From: Candidatus Thalassarchaeaceae archaeon
GTDB lineage: Archaea; Thermoplasmatota; Poseidoniia; Poseidoniales; Thalassarchaeaceae
NCBI GenBank assembly: GCA_023700255.1
Contig: JAJPRD010000003.1
Span: forward strand, 41,779-105,778
Reading direction: 5' to 3'
DNA length: 64,000 nucleotides
The stretch's first letter is position 1. Every line of letters begins with the position of its first letter. A program made the position numbers and the translations under genes. The notes under the pieces were generated by a model. The model searched no databases. It worked only from the letters and a program-made list of their open reading frames with translations, and had not been told where the DNA came from. Of this stretch, positions 43,363 through 52,016 are shown piece by piece.

Positions 43363-44217
43363 ATGAGGGTACTGGTTGATGAGATTCAATACTCTGATGT
43401 TTCTGAAACATTAGTTGCGGCGTCTCTTGAGATTAATCGACTAAGTGATTCAGTTTTACTTTTATGCGAACCTACTCTCATTGGTTCACTTTCAATAGCT
43501 GTTATCGAATCATCACTTGTTGACAATGGGATCTCATACCGGAGAAAATTTAGTCACAATGAACCTGTGAATAGCCCTTGGATAAAAATCATTGATGATG
43601 ATTCAGAAAATACTAAAATTCAAACTAACCCATTCAGATTAACAATTTCATCATTAATAGTCGAGGGACTTACTGGACATAAAGGTGATTCTCGTAAGGG
43701 GCCATTAACTCCTGTTGCCCAGTCTCATGCATTAGCTCAATTAATCTCTCCACACGGTGCACGGACTCGTAAATTAAGGCCTTGGCTAATTTCTGGCAAT
43801 TGGATTAATTCTGCTTTAGATCATACCTATGACCCTCTTTACACCGCCTTGAGAGATTTTCTTTCAGATGAAGGAATTATCAGAATAGTTCCTTTACCAG
43901 AAGTACCTGAGCCAAATATATCAGATTATGATTGGATAGATGATAATGCATTAGATGCGATATCTTCAAGATGGATTAATCTTGATATGGAGGGCAGGGC
44001 TAGGGCCTTATCCCATCTTGTCCGTTCATCACTCGTTCGTTCTACTCCTTCTACATCTAGGTTAGAAGAGATAGTTTGGCATTGCGTAATGGCGCCAGGT
44101 TGGTCTACTGATTTAGCAGGTCAAATTTCATCTGCAAAGAAATATTGGGATGACTCTGAACCTAAAATCGCATCTAGTAAGTTAATTGATAAATTAATCA
44201 GTGATGGAATGATTTAA
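43363..44217 (+). CDS. Hypothetical protein, possibly a degenerate DHH/RecJ-like (Cdc45-like) domain
   Basis: 284 aa. 'VLLLCEPTLIGSLSIAVIESSL' resembles DHH motif I (hhhhHxxxDxDxxGSxxAL) with the catalytic residues replaced. The position directly after rps15 resembles the rps15-recJ/GAN linkage known in other Euryarchaeota. Weak call. Confidence 0.3.
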   Translation: MRVLVDEIQYSDVSETLVAASLEINRLSDSVLLLCEPTLIGSLSIAVIESSLVDNGISYRRKFSHNEPVNSPWIKIIDDDSENTKIQTNPFRLTISSLIVEGLTGHKGDSRKGPLTPVAQSHALAQLISPHGARTRKLRPWLISGNWINSALDHTYDPLYTALRDFLSDEGIIRIVPLPEVPEPNISDYDWIDDNALDAISSRWINLDMEGRARALSHLVRSSLVRSTPSTSRLEEIVWHCVMAPGWSTDLAGQISSAKKYWDDSEPKIASSKLIDKLISDGMI

Positions 44218-46239
44218 TTATTCTTCAATCCTTAACATAACGTCACACCCTGAACATTCGAATCTTAGAGGACGTATTTTTGACTCAACAGGATTACTTG
44301 TTCCACACGCAGGGCAATCGATTCTCGGCCCTCTTTTTCTAGTTCTGCTATCTTCTTTGTTTGACCTGGGTGAGACAAGAGATATTGGGAATACAAGTAA
44401 TACACTTGATGCAACTATGGCTAGAACAATTTGCATAGGCATACCTAGGATATAGACTACCAAAGAAAGTCCTCCCAATGCAACTACTGCAATTAATGAG
44501 GGTACACTACTTCTTTTTCTAGTTAGGAACAGTCCCATTGCTATAGCAACGCACAAAGCGAAAACTGAGATCATTGCTGAAATTAATGGACTAAATGCCA
44601 TATTTCCTGATGGTAAAAACTCTATTCTAAAATCTTCATTTTCTTCAATTTGATTTTCTTTAATTTCGATACTTTCCATGAATATCCATCTTCGATGGCT
44701 AAAATCTAGGTTTTCGGCTGAAACAGGCCCTAAGCCAGCTAACATTGTTGTTTTAACCTCAACATCTAGATTAACTTCTTTCCAATAATTATTTGTTGGG
44801 TTACGTATGAAGTTTTCAACCAATAATTGCCTCACATTATTTTCTACTGAATATGAGGTTTTAATTTTAATAGTAATAGTTTCAGCAGCAAATGATCTAG
44901 TCCCACCCAGATCTATTTCATATTCAGTAGGTCCAAGATCTACAGGGTTTGCGCCTATAATTGATTCAATATCCAGGGACAAACCATTTTGCATAAATGA
45001 CCTCATATCTGATGATGAACCAGTAATGTGTGAGGTTAGTGCTAGCAATTCATCATCATCTACTTTTGCATTATTTCTATTGGAGGTAGCAACGGAATCA
45101 GAATATGAATTGAGATTTTTCCACCAACTGTTTGAGTCAAGGCTTGTATTACCAATATTATCCATACCCCATCTCATCCATTGAGACATAGCGCTATCAA
45201 AAGAAATTTCAATTTTCTTTTGCATAATATCTCCTTCAAATTTCGCATCTATTTCAACACTTACAACCGATCCACTAGTTCTTAGAGGCTCTTTTGAGGG
45301 GTAATAACCACCGGTTCCTCCATTGTCATCTTCAACATTAATTTCATGAGTTCTTGATGCATAAATATCTAGTCCTGTTTGAGGAGATATTATGAATTCA
45401 GTAGTGTAAATTCCACTTTCAGTGCCTTCAGGCATTTCCCAAACGAATGTTACTTCAACACCCGATTCTAATGGTGTAGCAATTGGGCTAAGTGTTAATA
45501 ATGTGCCTTGGAGTGAAAAACTTCCTTCGGATAATGACCACATATCACCATCGAAACCTGAATTAACTGTAATTGGGAAATATACTAATCCTGATGTGAC
45601 ACTTGCCTCTTTGATTTTAACATCAACCAATGGCATACGACCAGTTACTTTTGCAACAGATTCATCAGACCCCCAATAAAAATTCAAACCTGCATCTTGT
45701 GTGGGGTTTGAGAACAGTAAACTGTTTACTGCCAGGGAAACTTCTACCTTATCTCCATCATTTATCGTACCGGATGAAACTTGAACTGAAATTTCCAAGT
45801 CACCTTCTCCATTTAGAAAGGGTTCTACTCCATTCGGCAAGCCTGTATTTCCAGAATAAAAAGAACCTCCTATTCTAATATCTAAAGTTGAGTTTATTGT
45901 TACCCCAGCTGCTCCTTCAACAGCGTATGGTATAGTAAATGACCATGTCTGGGTTGGATAATCACCCTCTGTACCCCATATTAATTCCCACGATCCTACT
46001 TCAATTTCTCCTTGTTGCCATGCAGAAACGGTTGCCGAAAATTCTTCTGATAATTCACTTTCAAAAGGCGATAGTCTACCATTTGCTGATTCATCTAATA
46101 AAAACAGGTCAAAGTCTGTATCACTGCAACATGTTGCGTTTTCACCTTGGGAGTCTTGAGCATAAGTGGGTGCGCTCAAAAGAGAGACGAATAATAATAC
46201 AACAAGAGATAAGGATTTGACATCCGAGTCCCCTCTCAT
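44218..46239 (-). CDS. Surface protein with a signal peptide, C-terminal TM segments and a cytoplasmic zinc ribbon
   Basis: 673 aa with signal peptide 'SLSLVVLLFVSLLSAPTYAQ'. TM segments are 'ISAMISVFALCVAIAMGLFL' and 'LIAVVALGGLSLVVYILGMPMQIVLAIVASSVLLVF'. The protein ends 'CPACGTSNPVESKIRPLRFECSGCDVMLRIEE'. Confidence 0.6.
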   Translation of the reverse strand: MRGDSDVKSLSLVVLLFVSLLSAPTYAQDSQGENATCCSDTDFDLFLLDESANGRLSPFESELSEEFSATVSAWQQGEIEVGSWELIWGTEGDYPTQTWSFTIPYAVEGAAGVTINSTLDIRIGGSFYSGNTGLPNGVEPFLNGEGDLEISVQVSSGTINDGDKVEVSLAVNSLLFSNPTQDAGLNFYWGSDESVAKVTGRMPLVDVKIKEASVTSGLVYFPITVNSGFDGDMWSLSEGSFSLQGTLLTLSPIATPLESGVEVTFVWEMPEGTESGIYTTEFIISPQTGLDIYASRTHEINVEDDNGGTGGYYPSKEPLRTSGSVVSVEIDAKFEGDIMQKKIEISFDSAMSQWMRWGMDNIGNTSLDSNSWWKNLNSYSDSVATSNRNNAKVDDDELLALTSHITGSSSDMRSFMQNGLSLDIESIIGANPVDLGPTEYEIDLGGTRSFAAETITIKIKTSYSVENNVRQLLVENFIRNPTNNYWKEVNLDVEVKTTMLAGLGPVSAENLDFSHRRWIFMESIEIKENQIEENEDFRIEFLPSGNMAFSPLISAMISVFALCVAIAMGLFLTRKRSSVPSLIAVVALGGLSLVVYILGMPMQIVLAIVASSVLLVFPISLVSPRSNKEDSRTRKRGPRIDCPACGTSNPVESKIRPLRFECSGCDVMLRIEE

Positions 46240-46277
46240 ATTACCTACTGGTAGGCTTACTAGCCTTCAATGCGACG

Positions 46278-46297
46278 CTTAATAGATGCATATTAAG
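46278..46297 (-). promoter_or_regulatory. Perfect 7-bp inverted repeat CTTAATA-N6-TATTAAG between the gltX stop and the next gene start
   Basis: Read directly. The arms also contain a TATA-like TTAATAT on the minus strand, about 55 nt upstream of the ATG at 46239. It could be a terminator hairpin, an operator or a promoter. Confidence 0.3.
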
Positions 46298-46321
46298 GCA
46301 ATCTTTTACATCATTGGATGT

Positions 46322-48085
46322 TTAACCGTGTAGCCATAACAATTTGATGATATCTGAATTATTCTCTGATTCAATTATTGCATAGCCAACTCTTTCAAGT
46401 TGCACGATGTTCCCTTTGATTATTTCGAAATTTTCCATCATTCCTTCTTGAATAATAATGTCATTCCCTTGAGGGATAGTCAGAATGGCTTTTTTGGCCA
46501 TCGAGAATGGTAACCAATGTACAATCGGTCTTCTATCTAATCGTTCATAAGATTGAATTATAGCGTTCGAATCTTTAATTTCAATATCTGCATAATCTTT
46601 TAATCTGATGTTCTCTTTTTCTACATCTACCTTTTCAAGATATATTCTTTTGTCATCAATATTCCAAACCCTTGCTCCTTCTATAAGATTCATTGGATGC
46701 CGATTTATTGATATTTCTTGATTATTTATTCCTTTTTCAGATGTTTTTAGTTCCAATAATTCTGGATTTCTAACAAATGATCTTCTTTCACACATTTCAT
46801 CAATTTTACTTGAATTAAAGGCTTCAATAGTTTGTAGTGATACTGAAATATCCTTCTGTGTTAACCCTAAGTCTATCCAAAAAGCTCTCATTGCATCTGA
46901 ATTAAATCCTCTTCTTTGTAATGCACGAATAGTTGGCAAACGAGGGTCATCCCAATCGGTGAAATTACCTTCTTCAATATCCTTTCTCATACCTGAGGTT
47001 GAAAACCTTCCGAACTCATGAATTTTTACTCTTCCCCAATATAATGTTTCAGGATAATCCCATTGGAAATGAGCATAAAGCAATGTTTGTTTTCGGGTTG
47101 AATCCATCAGATCTTTCCCCCTAATGATGTGAGTTACACCTTGTTCATGATCTTCGATTGCACTTTGGAAATCTAATAATGGCCACACTTTGTACTTATC
47201 GCCAACCATTGGATGTAATGTGTGTTGAATTCTTAATGCGGGCCAATCTCTTAATGCAGGATTTGGTAAATCCATGGAAGTTTTTACTCTTACAACAGCT
47301 TCCCCTTCCTTCAAAGTTCCATTTTCCATCATTTTCCAATCTGAAAGATTTTCTTGAACTTCTTTATTTCTGCAAGGACACTCTAGAGAATTATCTCTTA
47401 ATTTTTTAAATTTCGCTGCTGAACATTTACAGACATATCCAAAGTTTCCTTCAAGCATTTTCACCGCATATTGAAGGTAAATCATCATTCTTTCCGAAGC
47501 TCTAACTATAATGTCCGGCTTCTTACCTGTCAGCCACTTATAATCCGATTCTATCCATTCATACGCTTCTTTTATTGGTGGTTTCACTTTAGAATCAGTA
47601 TCATCAAATCTCAATACAACCTTTCCGTCATACAGATTTGCATACTCTGAGTTTATTGTTACTCCTCTAGCATGACCTAATGTCAACGGTCCATTGGGAT
47701 TTGGAGCAAATCGTAATACTACCTTGCCTTTTTCTGCATTTGGTAAATCTTTTAATCCTACTCTTTTAGCTTGTTTTTGCCGATTTAGAGCCTCTGGATT
47801 TGTTTCCTCTAAGGCTTTTCGTGCAGCATCTACTCCTTTTTCATGAGCTAATGTGTTTGCAATTTCAACTTCAATTTCAACTAGTCTTTTGAGTTCCTTT
47901 GCTCTATTTCTTAGGTCGGTCCTTTCCCCTAATATTCTCCCCAAAACAGAGCCTGGCTGTCCTGATCCATTATATTCTACTGCATTTTGTAATGAATATT
48001 TTCTAACAATAGCTAGAATATCTTGGCTCCATTCGCTATCGTCAACCATACTATCAGACTCTACCACTAGACTACTACATTTCAC
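46322..48085 (-). CDS. gltX: Glutamate--tRNA ligase, archaeal/eukaryotic type
   Basis: The HIGH region reads 'RFAPNPNGPLTLGHARG', with further matches 'THIIRGKDL' and 'FSTSGMRK' (KMSKS-like). The true start may be the internal Met at 48049 (MVDDSEW). Confidence 0.9.
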   Translation of the reverse strand: MKCSSLVVESDSMVDDSEWSQDILAIVRKYSLQNAVEYNGSGQPGSVLGRILGERTDLRNRAKELKRLVEIEVEIANTLAHEKGVDAARKALEETNPEALNRQKQAKRVGLKDLPNAEKGKVVLRFAPNPNGPLTLGHARGVTINSEYANLYDGKVVLRFDDTDSKVKPPIKEAYEWIESDYKWLTGKKPDIIVRASERMMIYLQYAVKMLEGNFGYVCKCSAAKFKKLRDNSLECPCRNKEVQENLSDWKMMENGTLKEGEAVVRVKTSMDLPNPALRDWPALRIQHTLHPMVGDKYKVWPLLDFQSAIEDHEQGVTHIIRGKDLMDSTRKQTLLYAHFQWDYPETLYWGRVKIHEFGRFSTSGMRKDIEEGNFTDWDDPRLPTIRALQRRGFNSDAMRAFWIDLGLTQKDISVSLQTIEAFNSSKIDEMCERRSFVRNPELLELKTSEKGINNQEISINRHPMNLIEGARVWNIDDKRIYLEKVDVEKENIRLKDYADIEIKDSNAIIQSYERLDRRPIVHWLPFSMAKKAILTIPQGNDIIIQEGMMENFEIIKGNIVQLERVGYAIIESENNSDIIKLLWLHG

Positions 48086-48096
48086 ATTTCAGTATT

Positions 48097-48837
48097 TTAC
48101 CAGTCATTAAGTGATGATTGAATTCTAATATCGCCTAGCTCTTGACGAATAGGAATTTGAGTATCATGTACTTCATTCCATGCATTTTTGACTGTAGCCC
48201 ACGACCATCTCAAGAATTGATTGGGTAATTCACTATCAACTAATTTTTTCACAGCCTCTTTCGTTTTTGGATCTGATGGGTAACCACTTCCAATATCAAT
48301 GTCAAGTAAATTATTTATTCGACGAATCTCTTTATCTCTGCAAACTTTCGCTAGAATACTCGCTGCTCCTACTAATACCTCTTCTGAATCCATTCTATGC
48401 TTTGCATCGATCCGCCAATGTCCCCATTTTTCTCCTAATGCATATTTGACTCTTCGTTCAAATCTTTTCTCATTGACGTCACAAGCATCAGCCTGAATCA
48501 ATCCTTCATTTTTTGCCATACCTGTAGATTGTATTGCCTCTTTGAATAACTCTATTTCTAATATATTCAGATTTGTTTTACTTCTTTCTCTATCAATCCG
48601 AGATGCGTCACATACAATCATTCCAATCGGCCATTTTTTTTCCTCAGCCATTAATAGTATTTTTTCAGATAATGATTCTCTCTTTTTTGGACTCATCGAT
48701 TTAGAATCCTTAGCACCTATTGATTCTAGAATTTTTATTTCTGAATCAGGAATACATAATGCACAAACAACTAATGGCCCTATCGCTGGACCTCTTCCTG
48801 CTTCATCTACTCCAATTTTATACATTCTAATCCTCAT
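48097..48837 (-). CDS. rnhB: Ribonuclease HII
   Basis: 'IGVDEAGRGPAIGPLVVCAL' and 'DSKSMSPKKRE', 'ADACD', 'ASILAKVCRD' and 'GSGYPSDPKT' are all RNase HII blocks. Confidence 0.9.
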   Translation of the reverse strand: MRIRMYKIGVDEAGRGPAIGPLVVCALCIPDSEIKILESIGAKDSKSMSPKKRESLSEKILLMAEEKKWPIGMIVCDASRIDRERSKTNLNILEIELFKEAIQSTGMAKNEGLIQADACDVNEKRFERRVKYALGEKWGHWRIDAKHRMDSEEVLVGAASILAKVCRDKEIRRINNLLDIDIGSGYPSDPKTKEAVKKLVDSELPNQFLRWSWATVKNAWNEVHDTQIPIRQELGDIRIQSSLNDW

Positions 48838-51721
48838 TATTAGTTTGTTTTTTTATTTTTAACTTAGATATTCGAGATTCAAATTCATTTTTTTCTCCTA
48901 GTAATCGATTATCTGGATGTATATCTTTCTCTTCAGAAAAATCATCAGCTAGCTCTACAATGTCATTTAACGCTTCTTCAGTAATCACCTTATCCAATGA
49001 ATTCCCTGCTCTATCAACTCTAAACTTTGAAGGTCCAACTTTACTCTCAATTTTTCTTCCCTTAGATTTTTCAATAAATTCGTTTTCAAAACCCTTTGAG
49101 TCGATTGTTTCACTATCAATAACCACTTTCAATTTTTCTTTTTTTGTAAATCCTAACATCCAATCATTAACGGTTTCATTTTCTTCAATAGGTAAACCTA
49201 GTCTTTTCCGATCTTCTTTCAATCTATATTGTATGGCTTTAACTACACCAATACTTCCGAAAAATATGATGACCATGCTTAAAATCACAGTTTGCCACGT
49301 TCTGAAAAATCCAATGAATATTGATTCATCGTTGTTTTCATTTAATTTTCCTTTGTCAAGGAATAAATCTTTGTCTTCAGATTCACTTCCTTGAAATATT
49401 ATTCTAGGATCTCTTATTGACCTGGCTTCAATTATTAATGTCGGTTTTTCAATATTGAACATACTTTCCGATATTTCATCATAAGAAATATTCATCCATG
49501 CTGTAAAACTAACAGAATCACCTACATCTATATCTAATATCTCAAATGAACGTGGGCTTTCAGTTGATTGTGTTTCAGCATTTGAGGGGATGTCTAATTC
49601 AAAATCTGTAAAAATATTACAATCTAAATTTACAACTAGTCCATCATTAGTATTTCCAATATTTGTAAGTTTCCAAGAAACTGATATATTTGCTATTCTT
49701 TTTTCATAATCATAATTGTGCTCATATAATTCTTCAACTAAGTTCCATTCAAAATTATCGCCTACTTTGACCTCGAAATTTATACTTACGGGATTCCAAC
49801 CATCTACCCATAACTCAACAATCAAATCAGCGACTTCTCCAGAGGGTGTTCCATTTTCAATCGAAACATTGAGATATATCTGATTATTTACTTCACCTGC
49901 ATTTAATGATATTTTATTCTGGCTCAAATTCACATTAATCCATTCAGGAATTTCTTTTAATTTCAATTCAAAATCATAAGGTATATCCCCTGTATTTTCT
50001 ACTATTAACTCTGTCCGACAAATTTCGCCAGGGCTAGTTTCGAATTGACAGTCTATATTGTTCAATTCTAGGTTGCCTCCTGATCGTGGAACGATATTTA
50101 CTCTCTGGATAGCAAAGACTGCATCTTCTGGTACTGCTGTGCTCCATACTTTTATCTCAAAAAATATACTTCCGCTTACCAATAGTGGTGACTGTATTTG
50201 AAATCTAATCCGTCCGGTTTCATTTGGCCACATCGCCGATAGTTCCATTTTATCTTGGATGAATACGTTCCATTCATCCACTGCAAAAGCCTGTGAATAA
50301 TCTCCAATATCACTCCCATTTTCATCTACTGGTCTAATACTAACAGCAAGGTCACGTTGAGTATTTCCAAGGTTTTTCGCACTCATTTCTATTGTGGCTA
50401 CATTGTAGGGTGATATTGAATAGGTGCCTCCTCCATCTATTATTTCAGCACCGTGGAAATAACCATATCTCATTGAAAAATTATACCAATCTTTAATCCC
50501 TGTATTATTAGATGATAGCTCCATACTAAATTGATGTAATGAATTTGCCAATGGCATTCCATTTTCCGTAATTGGTGCTGTGATTGAAAATTGTATCCAT
50601 GATGTTACATCTGATAGAGCGATGAAATCAAATCCTAAATACGCATCTAATGAATAGTTCCATGAAGTTTCCCAATTCTCAGAACCTATGATTTTTATAT
50701 TAGCAATATCATCATATTCTCCTAAATTAGTATAGTTGATATTCAGATTAATTAATGACCCAGGATCTATTGCGAAAACAGAACCTGAATCGGGGCCGAA
50801 CTCAATGCCAGGTGGCTCAATTTCAAATGGATAAATATAGTCTGATGTTTCATTAAATACAGTGCTTGCAGCAGCCTGCTGAAGTTCCAATGCTTTTTCT
50901 TGAGATATTTGGCTAGGATGATATTCACCAACGGGAGATTCTCCTGTCATTACTGAATATAGAACGCACGATGAAAGGTATGACCCCTCCAGGGATGGAT
51001 GAGAACCATCATCTGAATATAGTGTTGAAAAAGAATTTGAACCTTGAGTAGGATCAACTCCCGTTTGATTTACTTTATGATATAGATTTTTGTATGCTAG
51101 CCCTACTGGGGCAAGAAAAATTGGTTTTTCATCTGTTGTTGAATTCTCGAGGTACATTTCATAGCCTTGTTGAAGATGTAATTGCATAGTTAGGTAATCA
51201 GGATTTCTTAATGCATTGTTCACATCACCATCTTTACGTCCCCAAGTCATGAACAGTATTGTTTGTCCACCTTCTGAGATTATTCTTTCATTAAGATCTT
51301 CTACTGCATTATTACTTTCAACCCAGAACTCTGAATCAGTAGGGAATGAAGGTACCTGACTCTGATCTTGTAAAACTACATAATCGTACCTTTCTGAGAG
51401 CTTTGTATTGAGTTCATTACCCTGTTGATCAGCATCATCTGCATGATCTGATAATTTCATACCGCCTCCTGTTACTGCCTCTACATCTGAATTTATACCC
51501 GAATCATCCAATATTCTCTCGACTTTTTGATTTAGTGTATTTGAGCTTGTATAAGAGTTCCCTATTAGGAGAATATCTAAACTTATACTATTTTCTTCAT
51601 CTTGATTTTGCTGCTTTAGTATTATATTATTTTCTTCTTCTAATGCGAATATTTCTACAGTATTTCCTATTTGTAGTAATATTAGTAATACCATTACTAC
51701 ACTTAGGGCACCTTTGCGCAT
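48827..51721 (-). CDS. Surface protein with an N-terminal SGNH/DUF4886-like hydrolase domain, CARDB-like domains, a TM and a Lys-rich cytoplasmic tail
   Basis: I chose the start at M30 of the track ORF (MRKGALSVVMVLLILLQIG is a signal peptide). The hydrolase blocks are 'LLIGNSYTSSN', 'YDYVVLQDQS', 'ILFMTWGR' and 'DDGSHPSLEGSYL'. 'ICRTELIVENTGDIPYDFELKLKEIPEWI' is CARDB/NEW3-like, and the TM is 'TVILSMVIIFFGSIGVV'. The 3' end overlaps rnhB by 11 nt. Confidence 0.6.
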   Translation of the reverse strand: MRKGALSVVMVLLILLQIGNTVEIFALEEENNIILKQQNQDEENSISLDILLIGNSYTSSNTLNQKVERILDDSGINSDVEAVTGGGMKLSDHADDADQQGNELNTKLSERYDYVVLQDQSQVPSFPTDSEFWVESNNAVEDLNERIISEGGQTILFMTWGRKDGDVNNALRNPDYLTMQLHLQQGYEMYLENSTTDEKPIFLAPVGLAYKNLYHKVNQTGVDPTQGSNSFSTLYSDDGSHPSLEGSYLSSCVLYSVMTGESPVGEYHPSQISQEKALELQQAAASTVFNETSDYIYPFEIEPPGIEFGPDSGSVFAIDPGSLINLNINYTNLGEYDDIANIKIIGSENWETSWNYSLDAYLGFDFIALSDVTSWIQFSITAPITENGMPLANSLHQFSMELSSNNTGIKDWYNFSMRYGYFHGAEIIDGGGTYSISPYNVATIEMSAKNLGNTQRDLAVSIRPVDENGSDIGDYSQAFAVDEWNVFIQDKMELSAMWPNETGRIRFQIQSPLLVSGSIFFEIKVWSTAVPEDAVFAIQRVNIVPRSGGNLELNNIDCQFETSPGEICRTELIVENTGDIPYDFELKLKEIPEWINVNLSQNKISLNAGEVNNQIYLNVSIENGTPSGEVADLIVELWVDGWNPVSINFEVKVGDNFEWNLVEELYEHNYDYEKRIANISVSWKLTNIGNTNDGLVVNLDCNIFTDFELDIPSNAETQSTESPRSFEILDIDVGDSVSFTAWMNISYDEISESMFNIEKPTLIIEARSIRDPRIIFQGSESEDKDLFLDKGKLNENNDESIFIGFFRTWQTVILSMVIIFFGSIGVVKAIQYRLKEDRKRLGLPIEENETVNDWMLGFTKKEKLKVVIDSETIDSKGFENEFIEKSKGRKIESKVGPSKFRVDRAGNSLDKVITEEALNDIVELADDFSEEKDIHPDNRLLGEKNEFESRISKLKIKKQTNNED

Positions 51722-51726
51722 AACTA

Positions 51727-51798
51727 GTCCTAGGTGGTCTCCTCTTTCATTATCACCCTGTTTAGTGTCTAAAACAACGAAGTATTCATGTCCTAGGT
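51727..51798. promoter_or_regulatory. Two copies of GTCCTAGGT (palindromic CCTAGG core) 63 bp apart in a divergent promoter region
   Basis: Read directly: copies at 51727-51735 and 51790-51798, between the start at 51721 (minus strand) and the ATG at 51814 (plus strand). Confidence 0.3.
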
Positions 51799-51813
51799 TG
51801 CACCTCAACTATC

Positions 51814-52008
51814 ATGCCGCCAATATGGCCATTCAAGAAAAAATCTATCGACAGCCCGAAAGCATTGAAAGTTGAAAAAAATAAAGTAGTGGAATATGAA
51901 CGAAAAATTAGAACTGATGGTGCTAAGAAAACGGATCGTTCACATCTTACTAATAAAAATTTCATAGATGCTATGGCCCTATTTTCAGATGAAAAAAATG
52001 AGTCATAA
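51814..52008 (+). CDS. Hypothetical small basic protein
   Basis: 64-aa Lys-rich ORF in an otherwise unoccupied gap. No motif recognised, and it may not be expressed. Confidence 0.3.
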   Translation: MPPIWPFKKKSIDSPKALKVEKNKVVEYERKIRTDGAKKTDRSHLTNKNFIDAMALFSDEKNES

Positions 52009-52016
52009 AATCTTAA

